In this document: one piece after another, positions 48,859-62,182 of the stretch
How the letters are laid out: each line of letters begins with the position of its first letter
Numbering within the stretch: position 1 is the stretch's first letter
Source: Takakia lepidozioides
Taxonomy: Eukaryota; Plantae; Bryophyta
Direction of reading: 5' to 3'
Assembly (NCBI GenBank): GCA_030704615.1
Contig: CM060731.1
Coordinates: 8,742,001-8,806,000, forward strand
DNA length: 64,000 bases
The notes under the pieces: model-generated
What the model was told of the DNA's origin: nothing
The model's input: only the letters and a program-made list of their open reading frames with translations
The model's database searches: none
Program-made: the position numbers and the translations under genes

Positions 48859-50037
48859 CTGCTAACACATGCAAAACACCATCAAAAAATTGAAACATGG
48901 AAAGAGTATCCTTGCAAAGAATCTATGACTTCCAACTTCAACACCCAAAAACCTTGCAGATAGGTAAATGCACTGTTAAAGTCCAGAGGTGAATATCAGG
49001 GGTCAGATGATATTTTTTTTTTGTCAGCTTTCAACATGGATGCCACTGAGGTATGTCACTATTGGTTGCCAATCACCTGTGGAATCTTAGCAGTATCTTG
49101 CAGATAGAGTGAAAGAATTTGTCAGGCAGTTAGGCAGAGTTTGGATTTGGAGTTGTCACAGACGAGTTAACATGTTGTCACCTTTGCTGTGACTTTCAAG
49201 TTCAACAAGGTGAAGTCTGGTTTGCCATGGATCCACGAGACAAATGATACATTCATGGACCTCTCTCTTATGAATGATGGCTGGGACCTCTCTCTCCAAG
49301 TGGTCCACCCAATCTGCTTGGTTTATCGATGTTACGTAATTCCGTAAGAGTTGCTTCAAGACAAAATTCATTCTTTTTGTTTGGCCGTCCGTTATAGGTC
49401 GGAAAGTTGTGCTCATCTTGAACTTTGTTCATTCCTAAATAATGATTTCAAAAACTTATTTGTAAACTTTGGATCGATGATATCCTTCGGGATTCCATGA
49501 AACTTGAAAACATGGACGAAGAAAAATGCCCAGTTTCTTTCGTCGCCGTATCTTTTGTAGAGATGACATGTGTCATGTTACTGTCCATATCCACCATGTC
49601 CACCATGATTGCACCGGGTTGGAACTAATGTATGGACGCCAATGCTCAATACAATGGACCACCACATTTATTTTTCTCTCATTGTTTTTTAAAAAACTTT
49701 CGTAAGCCACTGGACGCCCATCTTGCATAAAAACACCACCAATTGAAATCCTATGCGTATGTATGAATCTCAAACGGACTCTGGATCTCCAGGATCTTTA
49801 AAATTGGAGTTTCTACCAACCACTATTTCAACTTGGTAAATGTTTGATCACAAAATGTATCCCACATTCAAGCTTTTGACTTCTGCAAGAGGTTCGACAG
49901 TAGTCTAGCAATCTTCGCTTGAAAACTCCTCACGTACTTTCGGTAGTAAGAAGCAAGTCCCAAAAAAGATTGTACTCCTGAGATCGAAGTCGGAGGCTCC
50001 CAGTCCAAGATCACCCTCATTTTCTCTATCATCCATC

Positions 50038-50214
50038 AGCAGGTTGCTGCCCAGTGGTTGGGTATTTGTGCCTTACCTGTGCATAACTTATGTGATCATG
50101 GGTTCAATCCTTCAATATGTGCATTCAAATCGTCTATCGGCCCTTCGATGGGCTGTGTGTTGAGCAGTAGCCTATGTAGATCCATTGGATGTTAAAGAAA
50201 CTTTATCTTATTTT
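50038..50214 (+). mobile_element. tRNA-derived SINE
   Basis: A-box TGCCCAGTGG, B-box GGTTCAATCC, 11-bp TSD TATCATCCATC (50027 / 50215). Confidence 0.82.
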
Positions 50215-50381
50215 TATCATCCATCTTTATCCCATCAGCTTTCATACTCTCATGCCCAAAGAATTCTACTTTTGTGATCCCAAATTCACATTTTGAAGCT
50301 TTGGCGTAAAACTTACCTCCTCGAAACTTTTGGAACACCTTTTTTATAAGGTGCTCCAGATGGTTTGCCTTTGTCTTCGAA

Positions 50382-50930
50382 GGGGATTGATATGGCGTGA
50401 GCAGAAAAGAAAAACCTATGTGAGCAGGATCCGTTATTACGGGGGTGACATGTATGCCATCGGAAATACATATAGTAGACGGATATAGGGTCTTTATGCA
50501 TTAATAGGGTATACATGGCATGTAAAAGTAATTTTAAACATATAGAATGAGTTTGAAAGGGAGAAACTAAAGAACAAAACAAAACCCTAATTTCGCTGGC
50601 GAAAATCCAAGTTTCGTGTGCGAAAATCCAAATTTGCCAGCGAAACCCATTTTTTGGGTGGTTCTTGGGATGTTCTACACACAATTCTAATGCCACATTG
50701 TTTAAGTTCGCTGACCTTTGAGTTCTGGCAGATATATTTGTGGGTGTTTGTGCTAACATGAGTAGTTTCGTAAGTTTTGTCGTGTGAGCATGGTTTGCAG
50801 ATAGGTTCGTAATTTTTTTTGCGTGAGCACATTTTGGTTTCGCTATTCTTTATTCTTCGGATTCTTGGGGAATATATAGAATATGCCATTGTGGTCGCGG
50901 AAGCATCATGCTCACACGCTACCCAACCTC
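50382..50930. mobile_element. Non-autonomous TIR element
   Basis: 8-bp TSD TCTTCGAA (50374-50381 / 50931-50938). Imperfect TIRs GGGG...GTGAGCA / TGCTCAC...CCTC. Confidence 0.75.
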
Positions 50931-51417
50931 TCTTCGAATAGACCAAGATGTGGTCAATGTAGAAGTATCTAGCCATTCCCAATGAAAAGAGAGTGTTCAT
51001 CAATGTACTGAAAGTGGCCAAAAGTCCAAATAACATCACCAAAAACTTATATGAACCATACCAGGTTGTTTTTCCTTCAGCTCATTACACCACCTGGATT
51101 TGGTGGTTTGGTGGTACCGGAGGAGAGGGGATCCGACTGAAATACTTTTCACCTCCCAACCAATCAAAGAGATATCGTATCAACATCATATGAACAGGGT
51201 CTAGTTAAGGTCTATTTAAACTAATTATGTTTAATTAGCTCACTAACAAGTTTGAGTATTACGAGGGAGCCACAGTGCCTTGGGTCGTCTGCAACAACAG
51301 AATGCTTGAATGCGGAGGCGAGGAGAGATTGGGGTGCATAACGCCGAGCATTGAGAGCAAGATATGAAGGTGGGAAGAAGAGAGGACATGATGCGGCTTT
51401 GAATTTGAAGAGTAAAA

Positions 51418-54400
51418 ATGGAGACGACGAAAGCTTTGCTTCCACAGGACGACTCTCTGTCGAGTATGCCGTTGGAGGTAGGATGCTTCTTCTCTAAGAG
51501 CTTGCACTTGTGGATTGCACGCTTTATCTTGTGGCACATTCCGGTATGCCAAGAGGTGATGGAAGGATTGAGTTATGGGACCTGGGACATTCGTGAGGGG
51601 AAACGGCTGCCGTCACCGGAGGACATTGGAAGCGTGAGTAAAGAATCAGAATCAGACATAGTGTCAAAAGGTAAGGCATTGTGTTGAATTACCTTCCCCA
51701 CTACACAAAAAAATTAGGTGTTTAGGAATACAGCGAACGTTGCTTCTTTCATACCATGTTTTTTTCCAGTTGGAACCTCAATTATATGTCAAACTTGCAT
51801 TTTTGTGGGCAAGGCGCTGAATTTCTGTCTTAGGGTGCTCCTTTTCGTGGTGCTTTTGGCCTTACTCTAGCTAGAAAATGATTGGTATAGTCTGGCGAGG
51901 TCACCCAGCTTCGTTGAAATGCTATATCTGACAGCAGCTGATGCCATATCCTAACTTTAGGGTTATTGGCCTGCAAGTTTTCATGCTCATCGAAATACTC
52001 ATCGATGACTTGCATTTCTGTTTTGTCAGATTCTCGTAAGGGTGCTTGCACCTCTGCATCCGCAAGACTGGGCACGTATTGCTCAGGCGTGCACAGTACT
52101 CCGGGCTGCTTGCATCAGGTATATCAGCAAAATGTCACTAACGGCAGTTGAAATGCTTATAAGTTGTACACTGACAACTGAGGTTTAGGTTTTGCTTCGG
52201 GCTAAGTCGGCTCATTTGTTCTTGTTTGGGTGGGGAAGTTCTTTCAAATGCTTAACAGATTTCTGAGAGCAATTTCCCCTTGGATTTTTTTTCTGCAAAG
52301 TTGCTTTGTACGTACCTGTTGCAGTTGCATGCATTTTTGTATGTACTTGTCATTAAACACTATACCCTAAATCCCGAGCCAGGGGATACCAAGGATATGA
52401 TTATTTGGCTATTATGACCCTGGACTACGGTGCTGATACACATGTTTGCATTTTGAAACGTGTGCAGTGTGCTTGGAACAGTGACATTTCTTGACCTGAA
52501 GAGTGCAGGTGCAGCACTTGATGATGCGTGCTTTGCCTTGCTGTCAAAGAGGCTTGGATCTAGACTAAGACGATTGGAACTGGTAGGAATCTCTTTGATG
52601 AATTATTTGAAGCAACGATTATGGAGATGCGAGGTTTTTTGGTATGAACAAATGTCTAGGATTAGGGTTTGTTGTATGGATCTTCAAAGGGTAGTTCTTG
52701 GAGCACATTTACTCAAGGTTCTTTCCTGGTGCTACTTCCAATTTTGGTTATGTAATGGTCTGTTGCTAAAACTCTGTGTTGGCTGATTCGTCCATGAAAC
52801 CTTCTGCAATATGACAGAAGCCCAGCATGTGTGGACCCACTGTCTGGACCTGATGAAGTTCCTGGGCAGTCTTAGCAGCTACCCCCTATTCAGGCAATGG
52901 TTGAATTATCCTGTAGTCTGCGGTCTAAGATATAAAGCTGAGGTCATGTACGTGAGTTTCATTGACGGTTTTTCCTTCTGTCTCTCTTGTCTGTTGTTAG
53001 ACAATTGGAGATTTTTTCCTTCCAAAATACTACATCCTTCGCAGTTATTCTGCAAATTTGAGTCTGGACTTCACTCCATTCTTACATGGTTTATCTTTTA
53101 TTCAAGGCATCCACGGACATATGCATAATATATTTTTGCATACAAAGCTGATAGCAGTGTTTTGTTTCTACCCTCATATGTTTGGATGCTTGATTCCAAC
53201 TTTTAAGATGAATGTGTACAGGATTGTTGGCACCTGACCGATGGAGCTCTGCAAAATCTGCCGGAGGGCATAGAAGAAATAGCCCTTTGTGGGTGCGATC
53301 ATCACAGCAACACACTTCTGTCACGTGTGGCAGATCGCACCTATGCCACTCTGCGCCGCTTTGCATGGTCAGGCTTTGGAGGCACTGTATCAGAAGAAGG
53401 CTTTGAAAATTTTGTGCATAAGTGCAGGTGAGCCTCAGATTGTGTTCGTCATCAGATCTCTGATAGTTGCATGAACGTGTCTGCTATTTGAGAAAGCGTA
53501 TCTGCCAGATTTACCCATTCTACAGGTCTTGTGCACAGCCAAAGTCCTGTTTATTCTTTACACCACAATGCAGTAGCTTATGTATGTTGTGTAGGGCCAC
53601 CTCATAGGTGAGTATAATGTGAGTACTGACCACTCACCAAGGAGCTTTACCGTGAAGGAAGGAGGTCCCACCTTTGCAGGTGCATGGGCTTACCAGTCCT
53701 GATACTACAGGCTCTCTTATTGCCTCCTGCCTTTTTAACCAAGAGCTGGTGAAAATTGCAAGTAGTATCCATGGTTAGAAGTTTCAACTTAGGGCAGTGC
53801 TTCACCTTGCTATTACTGAACTAAGCAGTCTCCAGCACCTGTTTCACTTTGGACATTGCAACATCTTTCTACTGTAACACATCAACAAAGTGCAGACAGA
53901 GGGTCTGTCCTAAGTGTTAAGTGTCATTGTACTGATTTTTTATGGTCGGTGTCTCGTGGTGATACAGCTGTTTCCCCTTCGCATACATAGTGTTTTCGGC
54001 TAATGAGTTTGTAGATGGTTAGAAACATGTTACTTGTGAAAGCATCCAATAGATGGCCAGTGGTTAGGGCACAAGGCCACCTTACAAGTGGTCGGTGGTT
54101 CAAAGTAACATAGGTGTATGTTGGATGTCACGATGTCACCCATTAGAGCCAACCCAGCTATAGGGTCGCTGGGTCAACCAGACACCTAATGTATTTCGAG
54201 TCCTTGGGGGAGGTTCGTGGTTGCGCCGGTTAGGGCCATTAGAAGGTGTCCACCTTCCAAATGGAAGGCAGTAGCCGTTTGGGGTGAAGTGACACCATAA
54301 GTTACGTTTGCTTTGGCAGGAGTCAACCTTCTATTATGTTATTGCGAGGATTTTGCAAAAAGCTGATGCATCCTTTTTGTTGTTACGATGGTGGGTAGTC

Positions 54401-57400
54401 ACCTAACAATTCAGGAGGATGGCAGGAAGCTGACATCATTCATGATTGATAGCGGAGCAGCTATGGACGTAAACAGTGTGGTATGCGCAGTCGCCCGTAA
54501 TTGCCCTCTACTCACAGAGCTTAGCGCCTATGATCTGTCCATGGCAAGTACTCACCCTTGTCTTTCCTGGTCTGACTTTAATCTAACTTTGATGTTTGAT
54601 TCTAACTGTAAGTTCTGCTTGGATTGAGGTTTTATGCTTATGAGAAGTGTGTAGTAGCTAGATTGATGTATGGCAAGGGTTATTAGATTGTGTGGTTGAA
54701 GCACACCTTTGCTATGTGTGATTAAGATGGCGTTTGGTTGTGTGTGATTGTAGGACACCTTTAACTACATGAGCAAGTGCAATGTGGCTTTGAAGAGGGT
54801 ACGGCATAAGCGCAGGCATGGTAGGGGTTTGCCAGTGACCGATATCACTCTGCTGATGCTTATTGGCATGTGTCCCATGTTGGAGGAGCTTCATTTGGTC
54901 GACAAAACTGATGCTGATGGCTCAGGGGTACTACTTCTGCCTTTGAGGATTGGAGGCTACTTTCTCTGATGAGCACAAGTGCACTTAGACTGCTTGTCCT
55001 CACTAGGACAAGCAGTTTCTAGGACTCCTAACCCCACCATAGTTATTATAGACAAAATGTAATAAGGGGATATTTCCGAAGATGAGCATTCTCTCTGGAC
55101 CATTTCTTCCCTGGTAATAAGTTGAAATTAAATAAAACCACTACCTTTTTGTTGGGTGGCCAAAAAAAGGGGGAGTTGGTGAGGCAGACGGCACCCTCCT
55201 CTATTACTGCTGTGCTCTGGATTAGCTGAGCTGGGCTGAAATTTTGAACATAGGAAGATGTTCATGCAGACCTGTTGTGGTGTGTGGGCAGGATGTGACA
55301 GATGTGGGGTTACTAGCCTTGGCAGAGAGGGCTTCAACCCTGCGCACCCTGAAGCTGAAGTTGGCATCCTCTAGTTCTGCAGAGCGGTGCTCGGAGGTAG
55401 CTGTCATGGAACGTGAGTGTCAAACTTAGATCTATGTGATAATAAGGAACCAGTGATGTAGAGTTTTCGTGGTGCCTGAAGTAGTTGGAGGGGAAGTCCT
55501 ACTTTGTGATGCAATATCTGTACCTGTGGACAGTCACCTCGTCATTATTTATATATTTATGTTATGAAGGATTTCTGTAAACCGATTGCCGCAGAAAAAT
55601 GCTGGTGTGGGAGGGAGATGGTCCTGTATATGTTAAGTGTAATGTGGGGGAAGTGGCTCGTTAGGCTGCTTGGGGTTCTAAATGATTGGGTGGTGCTGGG
55701 ATGAAACAGTTGCCAGTGTTTGCAAACACCTTACTCATGTTGAGCTCAGCAATTTCAGGCGCCTGAGTGATCCGCCTGTCTATGAGCTGATTCAGGTGCA
55801 GGTTCCTCTCAGATTACCCCGTTCTTTGAAATTAACAAGTGTCACATATTTTGTACTACAACTGTCAAAAGTGTGGATCCACTAAGCATATCTGAAGTGT
55901 AGATGTACCGCCATTTAGGCCGTTGTGTCCAGCTTTCACTGTCTTCTTTGTTTTAAGTTGAAACAGAATGTTGTAATGGTGTTCATGTTACAGAACACCA
56001 ACTGACTACATGAATAGCGACACTACCATGATGTTCATGGCCATGGGAGATGCGTCACAGAGAGAACATGCTTGCCACGATGCCTCGTGAGGGGCTGGTG
56101 TACAAGAGCCCTTCCCCAAGGGGAAGTGCCCTCTTTCGAGATTGATATGTCAGATAGACTGGTCAATGTGGATGGTCCGCATCAAGACTAAACTTGGGAT
56201 TCTAATATCTCAGTTGTTTTGTTGATGGGTTGTGGCCAATGCTTATGTGAGAGAGATGTATGGAACATAAACAGCGGTGCCCGAAGCTGGTGGAGCTCAC
56301 ATTGGATGGCACACCTATCACAGATGCATCCCTTGACCTGCTGGCACTCCACTCGAAGTCTTTGCGCTCCATCTCCATCAAGGGCTGTAGAAAGGTTTGT
56401 ATTTGAATGTTTCTGCCTCATGTATGATTTTTCTCTGGACGGTCTTTTGGAGTCTGAGTCAGATATGAAGAGGAAGGTCAGTGATAAAGGGGTGCGGGTC
56501 TTCCAGCTGAGTGAGGCAGGGCTGAAGGCTTTAGGGCAGTGTGGCACCCTGGAGGCCGTGAATGCAGGCCAAGCTGCAGGTGTCACTGATGCTGCAGTGT
56601 CAGCCTTGTGTGAAGGCAACCCGGCTCTCAAATCTCTGGTATTTTATCACCCATCTTTCTGGTTTCTCTTCTGAATTTGTTGTGAATCTGTAGGTAGTAA
56701 CTAAGAACTGCAAGTCCGTAAGAGATGACTTTTGGAGTGGTGCATGAAAAAGTGTGAGCACACCGGCTTCAGCTTTACTTTGTGGGTCTCTCGACTGTCT
56801 GTTATAAGCTCTTTTCACCTGTCTCTTTTCTTTTCTTTCTTTTCTTTTCTTCGCTTTTCTCCTTTGTAACAAAATTTTTGCAGTAAGAATTAGCTTTTGG
56901 ATTAGAAATGGCCTTACTGATGGTTTTGTACTTCTCTGCCGTCTTCATATCAGGTCAAGGGAACAACCTGAACCCTATGTAGAATAGGTCTCATATCTTG
57001 GCAGGAAGTTATCTACCGCATGCAATGCATCATAGGTGTCTACTTACCATTCTGGAAGATCTAAAGCCTTGGGTATAGCCTGCTCCAGAGTTTCTGACTC
57101 CAGGCAGTCAGGCGGGGTAGTTTGGATACCAATCACAAATTTTCACCTTCATTTGTATCAAGGAGCAATCTTTGTGCTGTTGGTGTGACATCGTAAGGCA
57201 TACGTAATATGATAGATTAGGAGATTACGTAGTGTATTGCTTACGGGATGTAAGAAAGGCACTGGTGGTGGGGATGGTGCCAAGGTGTTAAGCAATGGAC
57301 AACTGTCTGATAGTGCCCTAAAGTCGGTAGCTATGTGTGCGCACATGGAAGAACTGGCGTTGCATGGATGCACACGTATGTCAAATCAAGGGCTGCGCTC

Positions 57401-59029
57401 ACTTTCCACTGGGTCTGCGCTTACCTATCCATTTGGCTAATCATCTCTGTTGGGTTTCTCCATCCAGGGAGCATGCATCATGTCCTTGGTACCACTAGTA
57501 GGCTCACATTATCTTCTATACTGAGAAACCACTGTATGCTTTTGGATCTCACTCGCTTTTGAGTATAGAGTTGGAGGAAATAGTTGGAAACCACGCATTT
57601 CAACCTTTCCTTTGGCTTATATTTGCTGACCCAGGACTCTGCACAAATTAGACTCATGTATGGATTTGTCCCAGGATTGAGATGGGACAGGGGTGGGGAA
57701 AAAGAAACAAGAGGAAAGAATTAGACAAAGAAATTTACATATGATTACAGGAGGCCAAGCAATCACCAGGCAACACAGGGAAACTACTAGAGAGAGCTAG
57801 AAGAATGTGTCCAAAAACTCCAAATGGTACTGGGAGGCAAGGTGCCTTATGCAGGGTAGCTGCTAAGTACTTTGGGTCTTCAGAGTTGAAGGCCTCCACC
57901 AAGGATGAAAACATAGTAGTACGTTTCTCTGATCTTGTGTTATCTAGAGCATGAGAAACAGAAATGGCCTGCTTCCTTCTTGGGTGGTACATATAGGACA
58001 AATCCTTTCCTTAGTATTGCCTATCGCGATCATAGGATGTATAGCTGATTCGGAAGTTGCCCAAAGCCCTTAGAAGAGAGGCTGGAAGGCCTGTTCCTGT
58101 CCTGTTTTGTGAGGAGGTCATGTTTCAGGAACTCATAGCAGGAACTCTGCCATTCTTCTGGAAACAACCTATCAGTGATCCTGCCTTTGCAATTCTTTTC
58201 ATCATGTGAAAAGCCCTCAATGGCAACCAAGGTGGTGGTTGCAACTGGGGGAAGCTCATGGTCTTAAAGATGACCTCAGTTTCTAGGGGAAGAGTGTCTG
58301 ACGCTGCCTGCACAGGAAAGTCTACAAGTATACTGGAGTGTTGCTCAGCTTGAACAGGTTGTGGGTGTCCACAGGTGTGTTTGGCTGCGGTTCATATCAC
58401 TAAGTTATTGTGATCATGTCTCTGACTCGGGAATAATTTCTCTTGCACGTGGGTGCCCTCGTCTTCTCAAAGTTCGTCTTGACGGATGTCGTCTCCTGTC
58501 CAATCCATCTGTGCGTGCTTTGTGCCAACACAGTCATAAGCTGAGGCATCTCAGTATGCAGCACTGTGTAAAGCTGTCAGATGATGTATTCCAGCATTTG
58601 CGGGCTGCTCCATCCCTCAGATTTGTAGACTTGGGCAGGTAAAAGCAGTTTTTTGTGTGCTGTATTCAGTTCCCATTGTGTCCTCATCTTTTTTCCCTTC
58701 TTCTGAATGATATTTGAGATAATCAAAGTGAAGTGGTTGGCGCATGCATATCGGGAGTTACAAGTCACGAGTGAGATTCAATATCATTACCAGTGTAGAC
58801 TTGGTCCGAGGCAGTGTCCCTCATTGCTAAGGTTATTTTTCCTTGCCTTCTTCTTAAGATCAAAAAATAATAATATATATCAACATTATTGTTATTCTGA
58901 CTTTATCTTGGTTTGATTGGCAGGGCAAGATTGAGCTTAAAAGGCATTGAAAGCTATCGAGAGCAGAGGCCCTTTGTGGAGTTGTGTATTGATGGAAGAC
59001 CTTTCGTCAAATATTCTCCACCGGCTTAG
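51418..59029 (+). CDS. F-box/LRR-repeat protein (FBXL/AMN1-type), 13 coding exons
   Basis: F-box SLSSMPLE|ILVRVLAPL.PQDWARIAQAC, then Cys-containing LRRs (e.g. LSYCDHVSDSGIISLARGCPRL). Splice phases are consistent. Stop at 59027-59029. Confidence 0.9.
54040..54335 (+). mobile_element. tRNA-derived SINE in an F-box gene intron, with the shared structured tail
   Basis: A-box TGGCCAGTGG and B-box GGTTCAAA. Tail 54241-54325 matches the 37750-37830 tail. Degenerate TSD ATGTTA(C)TTG(T/C)GA. Confidence 0.75.
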
Positions 59030-59859
59030 TGTTATGTTTTGTCACCGAGTAATCTCGGTCCATTGCAAAAGGATGTTTTGTTTTGTACATCTTCGTCTCA
59101 AGAATTGCCAATCAGGATAGAATGATGTCCTCAGCTCAAGTCTTGCAAGGTTCAGAAATTAGGTCTTATTTCAGATCCAAGTAAAATTTGCAAGCAGTGC
59201 TGGTGCAATTCAGAGATGATGTTGGATCTGTAGCGTCTGCGCTGAATGTTCTGAAATGTAAACTCATGGGATTTATGTGGCACAACTTTTGACATGGGGG
59301 GAATCAGTGTTCAATCGTGTAGTTGTTTCAGTTCAACTCCCAGCTTCAGAAAGCAGGAAGCAGTAATGAGCATTCTTTAGTGGTCCAAGTACCTGTTCAT
59401 AGCAAACACCATTTGCAAAAGCAGCTCCACATTCTAAGATAGGTGAAGGCACACCAAGCAAGATCTTGAAATAATACTTGAAATGAACTGAGTTACGCGA
59501 TGTTATTCATAACTTAGCCATGACTCCTAAACTCCCTACATCCACACTTTCTTGATAGAATGTATTCATAAGATATTTGCCACCACGGACCCCGCACCCA
59601 GTTTGAGCAGAACAAGAGGGAACATACACTACCTTTGAGAGGGGTTCACTCCAGTATTCAGACTTCCCATGATATAAACAACTAGTTCGGGTTTTCTGAA
59701 AGCCCTTCACACAAGCATTGATCTGTTATGTGTGAGCATCCCAACAGGGTCAGATCAGGGTTTTATGCCCAGTCTGAGAGTTTGAAAGTTGGTGAACAGA
59801 CGTGCAGGGACTGTTCTAGGTCCTGAAGAGGTTTGCTCTCTGATGATGGACATTGTATC

Positions 59860-60300
59860 AGAAAACGGATTTTGTCTCCAGGTTGCCCACACATATGCTC
59901 TGTAGCTCAGTGTTGTACCCTTCCCCCACTGCTCTTCAATGTTTTCATTAATAAGATGTGGAAAGCAAATGGGTTAAAGGTGGGTGATGCCGCTACATCA
60001 GCTCTGATGTTTTCGGATGATTTTGCGGGCCCAGGGGATAGCATCCAAACTTCAGTAGTAGTTGATTGAGGTACTTAGACCTGTGGAGGCTAGAAGTCAT
60101 TGTTAGTAAATGCGGGATGGTGGCCTACAATCATCGTAGGGGGAGGCTGGGTCTCAAATGGACATGGGGCAGTGAAGACATTCCTGTGCTCCCTCCCTAC
60201 TAATCTCTGCATGTGCCTACAGTTGTAACTGGGATGTGCACACACAAATAGTGGTTCAAACAGTTAGATGCAAAGCTTTTGGTCTCACTCAAATTTTCCA
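59860..60300 (+). pseudogene. Non-LTR retrotransposon RT remnant
   Basis: VAQCCTLPPLLFNVFIN...ALMFSDDF (degenerate QG..LSP.LF and FADD), then W.L.V..SKC. Confidence 0.75.
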
Positions 60301-61012
60301 CTGCAGAGGGATTAATACTAGACCATGCTTTGCAAGGTTATTAGGCATACCTTGGGGTTCACGCCTTCTGTGTGGGATGGCAACTTCAACCACTAGATTC
60401 CATTCAGCGTTTGGTGCTCAAACAGTGGGCTCAGTTTAACCGCAGGCCTAATTAGACCTCCGGCCTAGTATACCCGCTGACATTGGTGCTGCCCATAGAA
60501 ACACTTTCCCAGGATTGCAGCTTGTCGCCATGGAAAGTGGGAAGTTGAAATACCATATACATGATGCCTCAATTTCTCGCTTCTTAGAAGCCAGTTAAAC
60601 TGGCCAAGTCCTGGGGAAAAGGTAAGTGGAGATTTTCAACCTCAATAATAGGTACAAAGAAGAACGGACCCTGCCAGATGAAGCTGACCTGACTCCAGAA
60701 GACCACTACTTCTGATCATGAAATTCAAAGACATGAAAATGAAAATGACTGTTGCTGGTTTGTATACTTAAGTCAAAAGTTGAATGCAAAGACTATCATT
60801 TTATTTCAGTCTCAAGCCATTTGTTTGATCCAAAATCAGCTAGAACTTCGTCCTGTCAAAAATATCATTCTGACAAATGTTTGTCAAGCTAAAGTGCTGA
60901 GACAAACCATATAACAACCTGTAAGCACATGACACAAATATCATATGGTTCTGTACTCCTAATATGTCCAGCTATCAAGAGACCTGTCTACATCTGCAAC
61001 GGACAGCAAAAC

Positions 61013-62182
61013 TTAAGATGACAAAGGCATTTCAATTAGGAGCAAATGGGCGCCTTTGCTTGTGTCTGCTTTTACAGTCAGGGGATAGTCCGAGGTTTTC
61101 CCTGCCTTGATCTGCAAAACAAATACCATCCATCAATGTAGATTTGATAAGCCATGCGTAACCTGAAATCAATGACAACATCTTGCTGAACTAGTGTTGC
61201 CAAAATCTCTACCCCCAGATTTTGGAATGAGAATTTTAATGTGAATAAAGGAGTGAATGCATGAATAGAGTTGGTAGTGTGGTATCTTTCAAATCTTTTC
61301 CTTTTTATTACTCATTTCACCGTAAAAACCAAGACTGTATGTTTGGTATACTACGTACCTCCATAGCATCGCGGGATACAAGCTCAGACTTGTCATTCAC
61401 AGAGACACCTCCTTCAATGCATGTCAGATAGGCCTGACGGTTTTTAAGGAGCACAAACTGTTGAGTATAGCCAGGGTCCAACTCCACCACATAAATATTA
61501 GCATCTTGATGAATGGGAATGACTCCCACACCCTGGTCTTTCTCACTCTCAGACTTTTCAAAACTGGTCAATACATGTTGAAATTTGTTATGTCGGTCTT
61601 CTTTCCTGTAGACATACAGATCGCCATGACTCAGATATATTTTCCCAACATCTAGACACTTCGATGACAAATCTCTTGAAAAATGTGTCACTATTCCATC
61701 AACCTCTAATAGTAATACAAGTTATCATCATCAATTGACATACATAGAACTTCATCTCACTTTGAATACGTCATAAGGAGAAAGAATCAACTAGTCTTAC
61801 TTGAATACACGAGAACCATAGTTGGGCTTGAGACCACTTTTCTGTGGTTTGATCCAGATTTGCAAGAATCGCAGCCTACCACAAGAATCAAACATATCAA
61901 ACTCAGTCCACATGATACTAACTCCTGAGTTCTTCTTTTCCCCTTCCATCCACCATCAGAGGAGTCACCGGCACAAGAGACAAAAAAAAGTTTATAACAA
62001 GTCAGACCTCCCCCTACTCCATCTACTGTCATAGTTTAACAACAACTCAAGAAAAAAGGGTGATATTTAAGGTCACAGATCCCTACAAGTCTGCGTCGTT
62101 GTTCATTTCAGAATGCGTAATCCCCCGTCCTGCGCTCATATACTGCACAGAGCCGCGTCCAAGTGTCTCTGATGTTCCTATG
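61013..62182 (-). CDS. Pirin-family (YhhW/quercetinase-like) protein, 3' exons; 5' exons not found in the window
   Basis: GSVQYMSAGRGITHSEMN|LRFLQIWIKP...PNYGS|...IHQDANIY...RQAYL.CIEG...RDAME|...HLLLIEM, with in-phase splice sites. Confidence 0.9.

Larger units (their letters stand above)
47385..51195 (-). pseudogene. Older degenerate chromovirus pol (RT-RH-IN-chromo), related to 9280-13787, with several nested insertions
   Basis: [42 protein letters not shown] and VQCFRVS. Chromodomain remnant at ~47400-47580. Confidence 0.88.
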
